Positions 53,627 to 63,013 of a DNA stretch of 64,000 nt are shown here, in pieces. Origin of the DNA: Dehalococcoidia bacterium (lineage in GTDB: Bacteria; Chloroflexota; Dehalococcoidia; Lucifugimonadales; UBA3495); assembly GCA_045562555.1 (NCBI GenBank), contig JBJKVO010000001.1, positions 66,064 through 130,063 on the forward strand, given 5' to 3'. Position numbers and translations under genes: made by a program. The notes beneath the pieces are model-generated. The model was not told the DNA's origin. It did not search any database and worked only from the letters and a program-made list of their open reading frames with translations. The first letter of the stretch is position 1. Every line of letters begins with the position of its first letter.

Positions 53627-54286
53627 CTATAATTGGAATGTTTTTTTCCAGATGCCAGGCGATAGGTCAGCATGGGTCATCATTGGTCGTATGCGTGCGG
53701 TATCAGGGTGGGCATCTCTTACATCCTCCCACTCCTTCGTTTCAGATACGAATTCATTTTCGAATTCGTACATCACGGCATAATCAGGTTCTCCTCTGTA
53801 TGCTTTCCATCGTCGTCCGCGTATCACTCCTGGGACGGTTTCATAATTTGGCACATATACAGTGCTGTACCAGTCGTTCCATTCTTTTTCATTTTCTGAT
53901 GAAACTCCCATTCTACCAATTTGCAAAGCGGGTGCCATTTCGGAATTAGCGATAATATCTGAAACAGATGCAGGATGAATCATCTCATACACGTTGTTTA
54001 TCCTTGTAGTTGCGATAGCTCGGGGTCCTACCTTTTGTGCCCAAGGTGTTATGGGTCTATTTTTAAATGCGTCTGTGTCGATCACTTGTGCATTTTCGAA
54101 TTCGTACACTGCCAGATGTTTAGGCCCACTTTTTACAGCCTCGTAGCGTGCACAATTTAATATCCCAGGGACTGACATTAATTCTTGGAGATGTTCAGTG
54201 TTGTACCATTCGTTGAATTCTTCTTCGTGTTCTGATGGTACATCAACAAACACAAGCATTAATCCTGAACCTTTTTTAGGTGCCAT
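53627..54286 (-). CDS. protein with two tandem ferredoxin-like (EthD/DUF4286-like) domains
   Basis: The length is 219 aa. An internal duplication is visible: EHEEEFNEWYNTEH...VPGILNCARYEA...AVYEFEN versus ENEKEWNDWYSTVY...VPGVIRGRRWKA...AVMYEFEN. Confidence 0.45.
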   Translation of the reverse strand: MAPKKGSGLMLVFVDVPSEHEEEFNEWYNTEHLQELMSVPGILNCARYEAVKSGPKHLAVYEFENAQVIDTDAFKNRPITPWAQKVGPRAIATTRINNVYEMIHPASVSDIIANSEMAPALQIGRMGVSSENEKEWNDWYSTVYVPNYETVPGVIRGRRWKAYRGEPDYAVMYEFENEFVSETKEWEDVRDAHPDTARIRPMMTHADLSPGIWKKTFQL

Positions 54287-54425
54287 ATACTCCTCCTAAT
54301 TGACTGGGTTGCAGTCATTCTCTATGAGAAATATACCATATGTGGACAAACAATATTATAAATACAAGAGAGGGTGGCAGATAGAAACTATGGGGAGGGC
54401 GCCTATCTGATAAATTAATTTATTA

Positions 54426-54629
54426 TTATAACATCCCTAATAAGGATTGAATGCTTATTATTCCTGATACCGCTACAACGATGTAGATAATCCTGGACAA
54501 ACTTTTAACTTCCCCGAAGTTAGCGCCACAAATAGTCGCGACTAGGTCGAATTTAAAGAGGCCTACTAGACCCCAGTTTACTGCTCCTACTATAGCCAAC
54601 AACAAGGCTATAATTGATACTATTTCCAT
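54426..54629 (-). CDS. DUF378-family small membrane protein
   Basis: The length is 67 aa with two TM helices. It has VGAVNWGLVGLFKFDLV. Confidence 0.65.
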   Translation of the reverse strand: MEIVSIIALLLAIVGAVNWGLVGLFKFDLVATICGANFGEVKSLSRIIYIVVAVSGIISIQSLLGML

Positions 54630-54856
54630 AGTTTCCTCCGTTTAGTTAGGAGCCCTCCATCATTATTGTTATCATCAATACAGAGTATTAGTCAATATGA
54701 TTTTGCATTAAAAGGCATTTTTAGATACTCTTTAGTAGAAAGGTTCTGATTTTCTATTTACATAACCGGCATAAAGTGTCTACTCGGCAGATGTGACCGA
54801 AACACGTGATTGATTCTACAGAACGCTACACAATTTCGTAACGATAGGAGGGTAAT

Positions 54857-55636
54857 ATGACGGATTGTTGCTTGGAAGAGACGTATTTAGCTAAAGGCAT
54901 GTATATGGCTGAACTAGTTCACTCTCATGATGTAACTGATTTAGAGGGGGCCTACCAGGTGCAAAGCTTATGGGGCGATATTTTGGATAAGCATTTCGGT
55001 GGGAAAATTGGATATAAATTAGCGTATACCACATCTGTGATGCAAGAACGAGTAGGTCTTGATTCTCCTGCGTACGGAGTGCTAGCTAAAGACAAAGTTT
55101 ATTATGAAGGTCATAAACTGTATTCTGCAGATTATTACAAATTAGGCTTCGAAGCGGAAATTGCTGTCAAAATAGGAGAATCTATAGGTCCGAATGAGAC
55201 AATTTCGGATATACAGCAGCTGGGAACTAAAATATCTATGATAGCTCCTGCTTTTGAGGTGATAGATGCTAGAGCTGATCCCAATCTATCGAACGAGGAA
55301 CGATTACTCCTGAGCGTTATGTGTAACATATTTAATGAAGGAATAGTATTGGGAGATTGGATAGAAGATTGGAAGAATATAGATTTAACTGCTGTAGACT
55401 GCTCAATGAGAATTAATGATGAACTTGTTGGTGAAGGCAAGGGTTCAGACGTAATGGGTAATCCATTAAACCCATGCTTGTGGTTGGTTAATCAATTGCA
55501 GTCTTCAGGTCAAGGAATAGAAAAAGATATGATTATCATTACCGGAAGTATGATTAGCCCTAAAATGGCTGTTGAAGGTGATGTTGTAAATATAGATATG
55601 TCTGGACTAGGTTCAGTCAATACTCTGGTGATATGA
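54857..55636 (+). CDS. 2-keto-4-pentenoate hydratase / 2-oxohepta-3-ene-1,7-dioate hydratase family (FAH fold)
   Basis: The length is 259 aa. An AGGAGGG RBS lies 5 nt upstream. It is collinear with MhpD (AYQVQ..., GYKLA, EAEIAV, NPLN...WLVN, ITGS). Confidence 0.65.
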   Translation: MTDCCLEETYLAKGMYMAELVHSHDVTDLEGAYQVQSLWGDILDKHFGGKIGYKLAYTTSVMQERVGLDSPAYGVLAKDKVYYEGHKLYSADYYKLGFEAEIAVKIGESIGPNETISDIQQLGTKISMIAPAFEVIDARADPNLSNEERLLLSVMCNIFNEGIVLGDWIEDWKNIDLTAVDCSMRINDELVGEGKGSDVMGNPLNPCLWLVNQLQSSGQGIEKDMIIITGSMISPKMAVEGDVVNIDMSGLGSVNTLVI

Positions 55637-55640
55637 TTTT

Positions 55641-55678
55641 ACTTTAGACCGCCCGTAAGATCACGGGCGGTCTAAAGT
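55641..55678. terminator. bidirectional GC-rich hairpin terminator
   Basis: A perfect 15-16-bp stem is formed by (a)ctttagaccgcccgt (55641-55656) and acgggcggtctaaag(t) (55663-55678), with a 6-nt loop. It lies between convergent stops at 55636 and 55680. Confidence 0.8.
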
Positions 55679-55679
55679 T

Positions 55680-56588
55680 TTAGTACTTAACACCCCATTC
55701 TTCTACCATTTTTATCATTGCTTTGGCTGTTTCTTCATGTGCCACATCTACCATATCTCCATTGTAGGTCACAGCGGCTCCACCTTCTTCTCGCATTTTG
55801 TTCATAGCTTCTATTAAGCCTTTGTAATGTTCAATCTCTTCTTTAGAAGGTGTAAATACTTTATTTACTACAGGTACGTGAGATGGATGTATCAGACTCA
55901 TGCCCGTGTAGCCGATCTGTTTCAATTGAATCGCTAGTTTTTCAAGACCTTCTAAGTCATGGATATCAAACCATCCTCCACTCATAGGATATGGAATACC
56001 AGCAGACCTCGAATCAATAAGCACTTTCGATTTCAAATATAACGTTTCCATTCCTTCTGGTGTCCATTGGAATCCAATCGATCTGGATGTGTCTCCCCCT
56101 TTTCCTCCACTGCCTCCCATATGAGTGACTCTGTTGGAAGCAGTTGCTATGTCATAGGATTGGCGGATTGCTTGGGCGGTTTCAAGCCCAGGGTCAACAA
56201 GAGTAGAACCCTCCGGAACTCCAGCCCGGCTTTCAAATAATTTAAGCAGAGTGTCGACCTCTATTATGTCCCGAGGTGTTTCTACTTTTGGTAGTAATAT
56301 GCCATATAGGTTTTTACTAATGACTGCTTCAAGATCATCTCCGGTCATACCTGTTTCTAAGCGATTGACTCTAACAAATAACGCCTGGGATATTGAATCA
56401 TCGTTCCCTAGTTCTTCGAGCATTTTTCGCACTATGACGCGAGCCTCTGCTTTTTCCGCCTCTGGGACTGAGTCTTCTAGGTCTAGAATTAATGCATCGG
56501 AACCATATTTGGGAGCTTTTCGGATCCAGTCTTCTTTGTTTCCCGGTACGTATAATGCTGACCTTATGGGTTTTGCTTTGGTATTCAT
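55680..56588 (-). CDS. HpcH/HpaI aldolase / citrate lyase beta (CitE)-like acyl-CoA lyase
   Basis: The length is 302 aa. It has SALYVPGNKEDWIRKA and DALILDLEDSV, typical of CitE / malyl-CoA / citramalyl-CoA lyases. Confidence 0.7.
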   Translation of the reverse strand: MNTKAKPIRSALYVPGNKEDWIRKAPKYGSDALILDLEDSVPEAEKAEARVIVRKMLEELGNDDSISQALFVRVNRLETGMTGDDLEAVISKNLYGILLPKVETPRDIIEVDTLLKLFESRAGVPEGSTLVDPGLETAQAIRQSYDIATASNRVTHMGGSGGKGGDTSRSIGFQWTPEGMETLYLKSKVLIDSRSAGIPYPMSGGWFDIHDLEGLEKLAIQLKQIGYTGMSLIHPSHVPVVNKVFTPSKEEIEHYKGLIEAMNKMREEGGAAVTYNGDMVDVAHEETAKAMIKMVEEWGVKY

Positions 56589-56601
56589 ATTGTCTCCTTG
56601 A

Positions 56602-57828
56602 TTAAACGATTTTTTTATTGATTAGGTCTTGTATGTCTTCGGAACTCAACCCTAACAGAGTACCTAGGATTTCTTCGTTGTGCATGCCTAACGTGGGTGC
56701 TCCCGGTACCTGCGGAAGAGCTTCGCCATCAAATAACACAGGAAATCCCGAACCTATTCCTTCTACGGGAGAATCCATTCCAGCATGTAATAATTCACCT
56801 AATGAACCCCTGTTTGAAAAATGCTGATCATGCATGACCTCTTGAGCTGTTCTTACCGGACTGCAAGGGACGTCATGCTGTTCTAGCAAGCTCAACATTT
56901 CATCACGTGTCATATTTGATACTCTGCTTTGGATTTCGTGCCTCGCTGATTCTACGTTATCAACTCTTTTTTGGAATTCATTATATCGGTCGTCATTTAT
57001 CAAAGATTCGGCATCTAATGCCTTAGCAAGCCTGTTCCACTGATCATCGCTAGCAGCAGTGATTATGACTCCTCCATCAGAACCTTGGTATAACCCTGTT
57101 GGCCCACCTCTACTGTTATTACCAGTTCTGAGGGGAACTCCAGAATCCATGTCTTCTTCCAGATTTTCCATAAACATAAGAGCTGTCAAGGTATCCATCA
57201 TGGAAACGTCTAGATATTTGCCTTCTCCAGTCAAATCTCTATTCCTCAGGGCTCCTAATATAGAATAACAAGCAAATATAGGAGTTACTAAATCTCCGAT
57301 ATAAAAGCCTACTCGTGTGGGATCTCCGTCTGGATCTCCATTAATGTCCATCAATCCACTCATGCCTTGAATTTGAGGGTCATGTGCAGGTTTAGCCGCG
57401 TAAGGTCCTGTTTGCCCGTAACCAGATATAGAACAATATACTATTTGAGGATTCACTTTCGTTATGTCTTCATACCCCAGCCCGATTTTTTTTAATGAAC
57501 CTGGAGCTAAATTTTCAAGCAATACGTCAGATTGCTTGGCTAACTCTAAGAACATCTCTTTGCCTTTATCTGTTTTAAGATCTAATGTGATGCTTTTTAC
57601 ACCCTGAGTTCGTTTTAGAAATCTTGTAGATATGTATTCTTGAGACAACTGTTCTTGTTTTATTCCGTTAGGACCAGCAAACGGGCCGTTACCTCGCACC
57701 GGATCTCCTCGATTAGGAATCTCTACTTTGATGACTTCTGCCCCGAACCTAGCTAGGTTCATACTTGCATATGGACCAGCCAAAAATACTGTTACAGCAA
57801 GCACTCTTATATTTTGTAATGGTTGCAT
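56602..57828 (-). CDS. family III CoA-transferase (CaiB/BaiF/Frc family)
   Basis: I chose the start at 57828 (MQPLQNIRVLAV) with AGGAGG 5 nt upstream. It has ISGYGQTGPYAAKPAHDPQIQGMSGLM (catalytic Asp context). Confidence 0.8.
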   Translation of the reverse strand: MQPLQNIRVLAVTVFLAGPYASMNLARFGAEVIKVEIPNRGDPVRGNGPFAGPNGIKQEQLSQEYISTRFLKRTQGVKSITLDLKTDKGKEMFLELAKQSDVLLENLAPGSLKKIGLGYEDITKVNPQIVYCSISGYGQTGPYAAKPAHDPQIQGMSGLMDINGDPDGDPTRVGFYIGDLVTPIFACYSILGALRNRDLTGEGKYLDVSMMDTLTALMFMENLEEDMDSGVPLRTGNNSRGGPTGLYQGSDGGVIITAASDDQWNRLAKALDAESLINDDRYNEFQKRVDNVESARHEIQSRVSNMTRDEMLSLLEQHDVPCSPVRTAQEVMHDQHFSNRGSLGELLHAGMDSPVEGIGSGFPVLFDGEALPQVPGAPTLGMHNEEILGTLLGLSSEDIQDLINKKIV

Positions 57829-57939
57829 GAATCCTCCTGGGATTAAATGAATATACATAGTTTATAGCTGATTTAATGATGTGGCTAGTTGTATGAATAT
57901 GATAGAATTCTTTCACCAACAATCTTTGAGGAGATAATT

Positions 57940-60195
57940 ATGGTTGTAAATATTGTATTGTCAGAAAAAGAGTATAACGTGGTAGGAACAAGGCCCATAC
58001 GGCATGACGGGGTTGATAAGGTTACCGGCAGAGCTAAATATGGGGGAGATTTCACTACAACAGGACTTCTATTTGGGAAAATATTAAGAAGTCCCTATGC
58101 ACACGCAATAATTGAATCAATAAATATAGATGAAGCTCTTAAATTAGAAGGAGTGGTTTCTGTTGTGACAGCAGAAGATCTGCCTGTTTCTTCATTGTCG
58201 AAACCTTCCAAGAGCTTAGAAATGGAAAGCGATAATATATTAGCTAGAGGAAAAGTTCTTTACAAAGGTCATGCTGTTGCTGCAGTGTGTGCATCAAATA
58301 GCCATATTGCAGAAGATGCATTAAAACTGATCGAAGTTAAATACAAGATTTTAGAGCCTGTTATTGACGTCCGTAAAGCTATGGAAAAACAATCTGTATT
58401 GCTTCATGATGATTTGACTACTAGAGAACTGGGAAAAGATTCAGGTATTGTTAGCAATATAGCCTCTCATTTGAGATACGCTGTTGGGGATGTGGAAAAG
58501 GGATTTTCTGAAGCAGATATTATTATAGAAGAAGAATTTGACACATCCACCGTTCACCAAGGATACATAGAACCCCATAATGCTACTGCTTTTTGGAGTG
58601 CTGATGGCCATATAGATGTTTGGTGCAGCACGCAGGGGTCATTTACTGCGCGGGAAAAGATTGCGAAAGTATTAGACGTGCCTGTTTCTACTGTCACTGT
58701 AACCCCTATGGAAATAGGAGGAGGATTTGGAGGTAAGATACCGGTATATTTAGAGCCGATAGCTGCCTTACTATCTAGAAAATCCGGTGCTCCTGTGAAA
58801 ATGTTAATGAGTAGGTCTGATTGTTTCGAATCTACTGGCCCAACCTGTGGTTCTTATGTGAAAGTTAAAATTGGCGCCAAAAATGATGGTACTTTAGTAG
58901 CTGGCAAGGCTTATTTGGTGTATGAGGCAGGAGCATTTCCTGGTTCTAACGTAAGTGCTGGTGGCCAATGTGTTTTTGCACCTTACAATATACCTAATAT
59001 GGAAGTTGATGGATACGATGTATTGGTAAACAAGCCAAAAACAGCTGCGTACAGAGCACCTGGAGCTCCCAATGCAGCTTTTGCATCAGAACAAGTGATT
59101 GATGCACTGTGCGATAAACTTGGAATTGACCCGGTAGATTTTCGAATTAAAAACGGCTCTACAGATGGCACCAGAAGAGTAGATGGACCTGTTTTCAACA
59201 ATATAGGGAATTTGGCTTGTTTGGATGCTGTTAAAAATTCAGAACATTACAATTCAAAATTAATCGGTAAGTACTCTGGAAGGGGAATTGCATCTGGATA
59301 TTGGATGAATATTGGCAAACAATCTAGTTGTTCCATAGGCGTAAATGCTGATGGAACCCTTGGATTGATTGAAGGTTCTACCGATATAGGTGGATCGAGA
59401 ACTTCGATTGCGATGCAGGCGGCTGAGGTTTTGGGAGTTCCTGCAGAAAAAGTTAGACCATCAGTTGGAGACACTGATTCTATAGGATACACGTTTTTAA
59501 CTGGTGGAAGTAGAGTTACCTTTGCTAGTGGATGGGCAGCTTATGAATGCGCTCAATCAATCAAAAAATTGATGGAAAATAGAGCAGCTGCTATTTGGGG
59601 TGTGGAAGAGACAGATGTGGAATTAATCGAAGGTATTTTCAAACATAAGTCGGATACTGAACTCATAATGTCATTTGAAGAACTTGCTTCACAGTTGAAT
59701 GACACGGGTGGTCCGATTTCAGCACAAGTCAGCGTAGATCCAACAGGGTCTCATGGTGCCTTTAGTACACATATTGTTGATGTAGAAGTTGATATAGAAA
59801 CTGGTAAAGTAAGTGTTTTGAGATATACTTCCGTACAAGATGTAGGGAAGGCAATTCATCCTAGTTATGTTGAAGGGCAAATGCAAGGTGCAGCAGTTCA
59901 AGGCATCGGGTGGGCTCTAAACGAAGAATATTATTACAACAATGACGGGGGAATGAATAATTCAAGTTTCTTGGATTATCGAATGCCTACCTCTCTGGAT
60001 TTACCTATGTTGGAAACAATAATAGTTGAATGCCATAACGAGAGTCATCCGTATGGAGTTAGAGGTGTGGGAGAGGTTGCTATAGTGCCTCCGTTGCCTG
60101 CGATAGCTAACGCTGTAAAGAATGCAATTGGGCACAGGATGCATCAACTGCCTATGTCTCCAAAGAGAGTATTAGAGGCGATTGATTCAATTTAG
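57940..60195 (+). CDS. xanthine dehydrogenase/aldehyde oxidase family molybdopterin-binding large subunit, paralogue of 2180-4495
   Basis: I chose the start at 57940 (MVVNIVLSEKEYNVVGTRPIRHDG) with GAGGAG upstream. Motifs are VHQGYIEPH, MEIGGGFGGK, AAYRAPGAP, DIGGSRT, DTDSIGY and HPYGVRGVGEV. Confidence 0.8.
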   Translation: MVVNIVLSEKEYNVVGTRPIRHDGVDKVTGRAKYGGDFTTTGLLFGKILRSPYAHAIIESINIDEALKLEGVVSVVTAEDLPVSSLSKPSKSLEMESDNILARGKVLYKGHAVAAVCASNSHIAEDALKLIEVKYKILEPVIDVRKAMEKQSVLLHDDLTTRELGKDSGIVSNIASHLRYAVGDVEKGFSEADIIIEEEFDTSTVHQGYIEPHNATAFWSADGHIDVWCSTQGSFTAREKIAKVLDVPVSTVTVTPMEIGGGFGGKIPVYLEPIAALLSRKSGAPVKMLMSRSDCFESTGPTCGSYVKVKIGAKNDGTLVAGKAYLVYEAGAFPGSNVSAGGQCVFAPYNIPNMEVDGYDVLVNKPKTAAYRAPGAPNAAFASEQVIDALCDKLGIDPVDFRIKNGSTDGTRRVDGPVFNNIGNLACLDAVKNSEHYNSKLIGKYSGRGIASGYWMNIGKQSSCSIGVNADGTLGLIEGSTDIGGSRTSIAMQAAEVLGVPAEKVRPSVGDTDSIGYTFLTGGSRVTFASGWAAYECAQSIKKLMENRAAAIWGVEETDVELIEGIFKHKSDTELIMSFEELASQLNDTGGPISAQVSVDPTGSHGAFSTHIVDVEVDIETGKVSVLRYTSVQDVGKAIHPSYVEGQMQGAAVQGIGWALNEEYYYNNDGGMNNSSFLDYRMPTSLDLPMLETIIVECHNESHPYGVRGVGEVAIVPPLPAIANAVKNAIGHRMHQLPMSPKRVLEAIDSI

Positions 60196-60198
60196 TGT

Positions 60199-61791
60199 TT
60201 AAAATGTATTACTAGGGGAGTGTTCTCCGAACACTTCCCTAAACACATCCATTATTTCTCCTAAAGTGGCATATTCTTTGACCGTTTGAATTAAAATAGG
60301 CATCAGATTTTTTTGGGATTTGGCTGCTACTTTAAGTTCCTGAAGCTTTCTTATTACCTCTCTGTTGTCGCGTTCTCTCCTAATTCGGTTTAATTCCGAG
60401 ATTTGTACTTGCATCCCTTTAGTGTCGACACTTAGGAGAGGTATGGTGGGTTCAGACTTGGTCTGGTATTGGTTAACTCCTACAATGATGTTATTTTTGG
60501 AGTCTATTTCTTGCTGGGTATGGTATGCGGATTCTGTGATTTCTCTTTCGAAGTATCCAGAGTGAATCCCGTTCATTACCCCTCCCATAGATTGTATTTC
60601 TGAGAAATATTGATACGCGCTTTCTTCCATGACTTTGGATAAATGCTCTAAATAATAACTCCCTCCCAATGGATCTACTGTTGCGGTTACATTGGTTTCA
60701 TGGGCGATAATTTGCTGGGTTCGCAAGGCTTGTATTGCGGATTCTTCTGAAGGTAAAGCCCAGGCTTCATCTTTTCCATTGGTATGTAATGACTGGCATC
60801 CACCTAACACTGCAGCTAATGCTTGTATAGTCACTCTCGATACGTTGTTGTCTGGTTGTTGAGCAGTTAGCGCTACTCCTGATGTTTGTGCATGGAAGCG
60901 CATCCATAAGGACCGTTCTTGTTTGGCGTGATACTTATCTAGAAGGGTTTCGGCCCAAATTTTTCTTGCAACTCTAAATTTGGATATTTCTTCAAAGAAA
61001 TCATTATGCACATTGAAAAAGAAACTTAGTCTAGGAGCGAAATCATCTATGCTCAGGCCTCTTTGGAGTGCATCATCGATATATGTGAATCCATTAGATA
61101 AAGTGAACACTAATTCTTGTAAGGCGGTGGCCCCAGCCTCTCTAATATGGTACCCGCTGATGCTAATAGGATTCCAGGAAGGCATATGGTTAGTAGCGAA
61201 TTCCACTGTATCAGTTACTAAGCGCATAGATGGTTCAGGAGGGAATATATATTCGTTTTGAGCTATGAATTCTTTCAGGATATCATTTTGTAGAGTTCCT
61301 CCCAATTTAGCGATTTCCACTCCTCTTTTTTCAGCCATTGCTATAAACATAGCCCATATAATTGCTGCCGGACTATTAATTGTCATAGAAGTGGTAATTT
61401 CACCGATCGGGATTTCATCAAAAAGTCTTTCCATGTCTCGCAATGAAGAAATAGAAACACCGCATCTTCCAAATTCACCATAGGCGTTAGAGTGATCAAC
61501 ATCGTATCCGTAAAGGGTGGGCATATCGAATGCTACGCTTAAGCCTGTTTGACCGTTTTGGAGTAGTAATTTGAATCTTTTATTAGTTTCTTCAGGAAGG
61601 CCATAGCCTGCGAACATCCTCATGGTCCACAATTTGTCTTGGTAACCCCCGGAATACAATCCTCTTGTGAATGGAAATGCTCCAGGTGCATTATTGCCTG
61701 AAGGAGTTTGTTGCGCGCCATCATAATAAGATTGACCCATCAATGTTTGCAGATCTTTAAAGTTAGTGTCTGAGTTTTTTTCAACTGTCAT
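60199..61791 (-). CDS. acyl-CoA mutase catalytic (TIM-barrel) subunit, methylmalonyl-CoA mutase family, without B12-binding domain
   Basis: The length is 530 aa. It is collinear with MCM ([60 protein letters not shown]) and ends at ...[15 protein letters not shown], just before where the B12 domain starts in fused MCMs. Confidence 0.8.
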   Translation of the reverse strand: MTVEKNSDTNFKDLQTLMGQSYYDGAQQTPSGNNAPGAFPFTRGLYSGGYQDKLWTMRMFAGYGLPEETNKRFKLLLQNGQTGLSVAFDMPTLYGYDVDHSNAYGEFGRCGVSISSLRDMERLFDEIPIGEITTSMTINSPAAIIWAMFIAMAEKRGVEIAKLGGTLQNDILKEFIAQNEYIFPPEPSMRLVTDTVEFATNHMPSWNPISISGYHIREAGATALQELVFTLSNGFTYIDDALQRGLSIDDFAPRLSFFFNVHNDFFEEISKFRVARKIWAETLLDKYHAKQERSLWMRFHAQTSGVALTAQQPDNNVSRVTIQALAAVLGGCQSLHTNGKDEAWALPSEESAIQALRTQQIIAHETNVTATVDPLGGSYYLEHLSKVMEESAYQYFSEIQSMGGVMNGIHSGYFEREITESAYHTQQEIDSKNNIIVGVNQYQTKSEPTIPLLSVDTKGMQVQISELNRIRRERDNREVIRKLQELKVAAKSQKNLMPILIQTVKEYATLGEIMDVFREVFGEHSPSNTF

Positions 61792-61819
61792 AACTTGTCG
61801 TGCGCTCTAGCCGTAGGCC

Positions 61820-63013
61820 TTATATTAATTTCAGATATCTTCTTTTACCGATTTTTATTACAGTTCCTGATTCGAGCTGTTGAATATCTATATCGCTTAT
61901 AATATTTGAAGTGTCACCCTGATTTGAAATCATCTGCACCGCATTTTGTTTAAATAACCGCTTAAGTTCGCTATTACTAGTGACTGATCCGGATTCAATC
62001 AACACTGAATTCAGAGATGCGGCTGTTGCAATTTGAAATTCTGGGATGTTATCAGGGATTTCTTTGTTTTGAACTACCTTCTCAAAGTTTTGCTGAGATT
62101 CACCTGCAATCTGTGAGTCGAAAAAAGTCTTAGTTATTGTGTGCGCCAACAACTTTTTTGCGTTCATTGCATTCGTATTTAATTGTTGTTCTATTTCAGA
62201 TAATTCCTGCATTGGTAAATCTGTTAGCAATTCGAAATATGTCACTATGCAACTATCAGGTAAAGACATTATTTTCCCATACATATCATTTGCGGTATCA
62301 TCTAACGAAATATAATTATCTAAGCTTTTACTCATCTTATTAATACCATCAGTACCTACAAGTATGGGCATCATGAAACATTGTTGAGGACGCATTCCTT
62401 TGATTTGCTGAAGAGTTCTCCCTACAAGTAAATTGAACATTTGGTCAGTTCCTCCGAACTCTACATCTGATTCGATTGCCACTGAATCATAGGCCTGCAG
62501 TAGAGGGTACAAGAATTCGGTAATTGCGATTGGTTTATGTTCTTTAAATCTCAAAGCAAAATCATCTCGCTCTAAGAACTGTGCAACAGTGAACTTGCTT
62601 GTAAGTTCTATTACATCTGCTAAACTGAATTTTCCGAACCATTCACTTTGCCAGACTACTTGTGTTTGGTTTCTGTCAACTACTCTGAAGAATTGATCCA
62701 TGTAGGATTGTGCATTCGCTATCACGTCCTCGTGTGTCAGCATGGGCCGAGTAATAGATTGCCCACTAGGATCACCGATTTGAGCGGTCCAGTCTCCTAC
62801 GATCAATATCACTTCGTGCCCAAGATCTTGTAATTGTTTCAGCTTTCTTAGGCCAACTACATGACCTAAATGGATATCTGCTCTTGACGGATCAAAACCC
62901 ATTTTTAATCTCAGCTTTTTGCCGGACTGTAAAAGTTCAACGAATTCCGATTCTGAAATTATTTCTTTAACACCGCGTTTTGTGATGTTCTGGATTGTTT
63001 TATCTTCGATCAT
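61820..63013 (-). CDS. tyrS: tyrosine--tRNA ligase
   Basis: The length is 397 aa. It has the HIGH motif (DIHLGHVVG), KMSKS, and a C-terminal S4-like domain. Confidence 0.85.
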   Translation of the reverse strand: MIEDKTIQNITKRGVKEIISESEFVELLQSGKKLRLKMGFDPSRADIHLGHVVGLRKLKQLQDLGHEVILIVGDWTAQIGDPSGQSITRPMLTHEDVIANAQSYMDQFFRVVDRNQTQVVWQSEWFGKFSLADVIELTSKFTVAQFLERDDFALRFKEHKPIAITEFLYPLLQAYDSVAIESDVEFGGTDQMFNLLVGRTLQQIKGMRPQQCFMMPILVGTDGINKMSKSLDNYISLDDTANDMYGKIMSLPDSCIVTYFELLTDLPMQELSEIEQQLNTNAMNAKKLLAHTITKTFFDSQIAGESQQNFEKVVQNKEIPDNIPEFQIATAASLNSVLIESGSVTSNSELKRLFKQNAVQMISNQGDTSNIISDIDIQQLESGTVIKIGKRRYLKLI

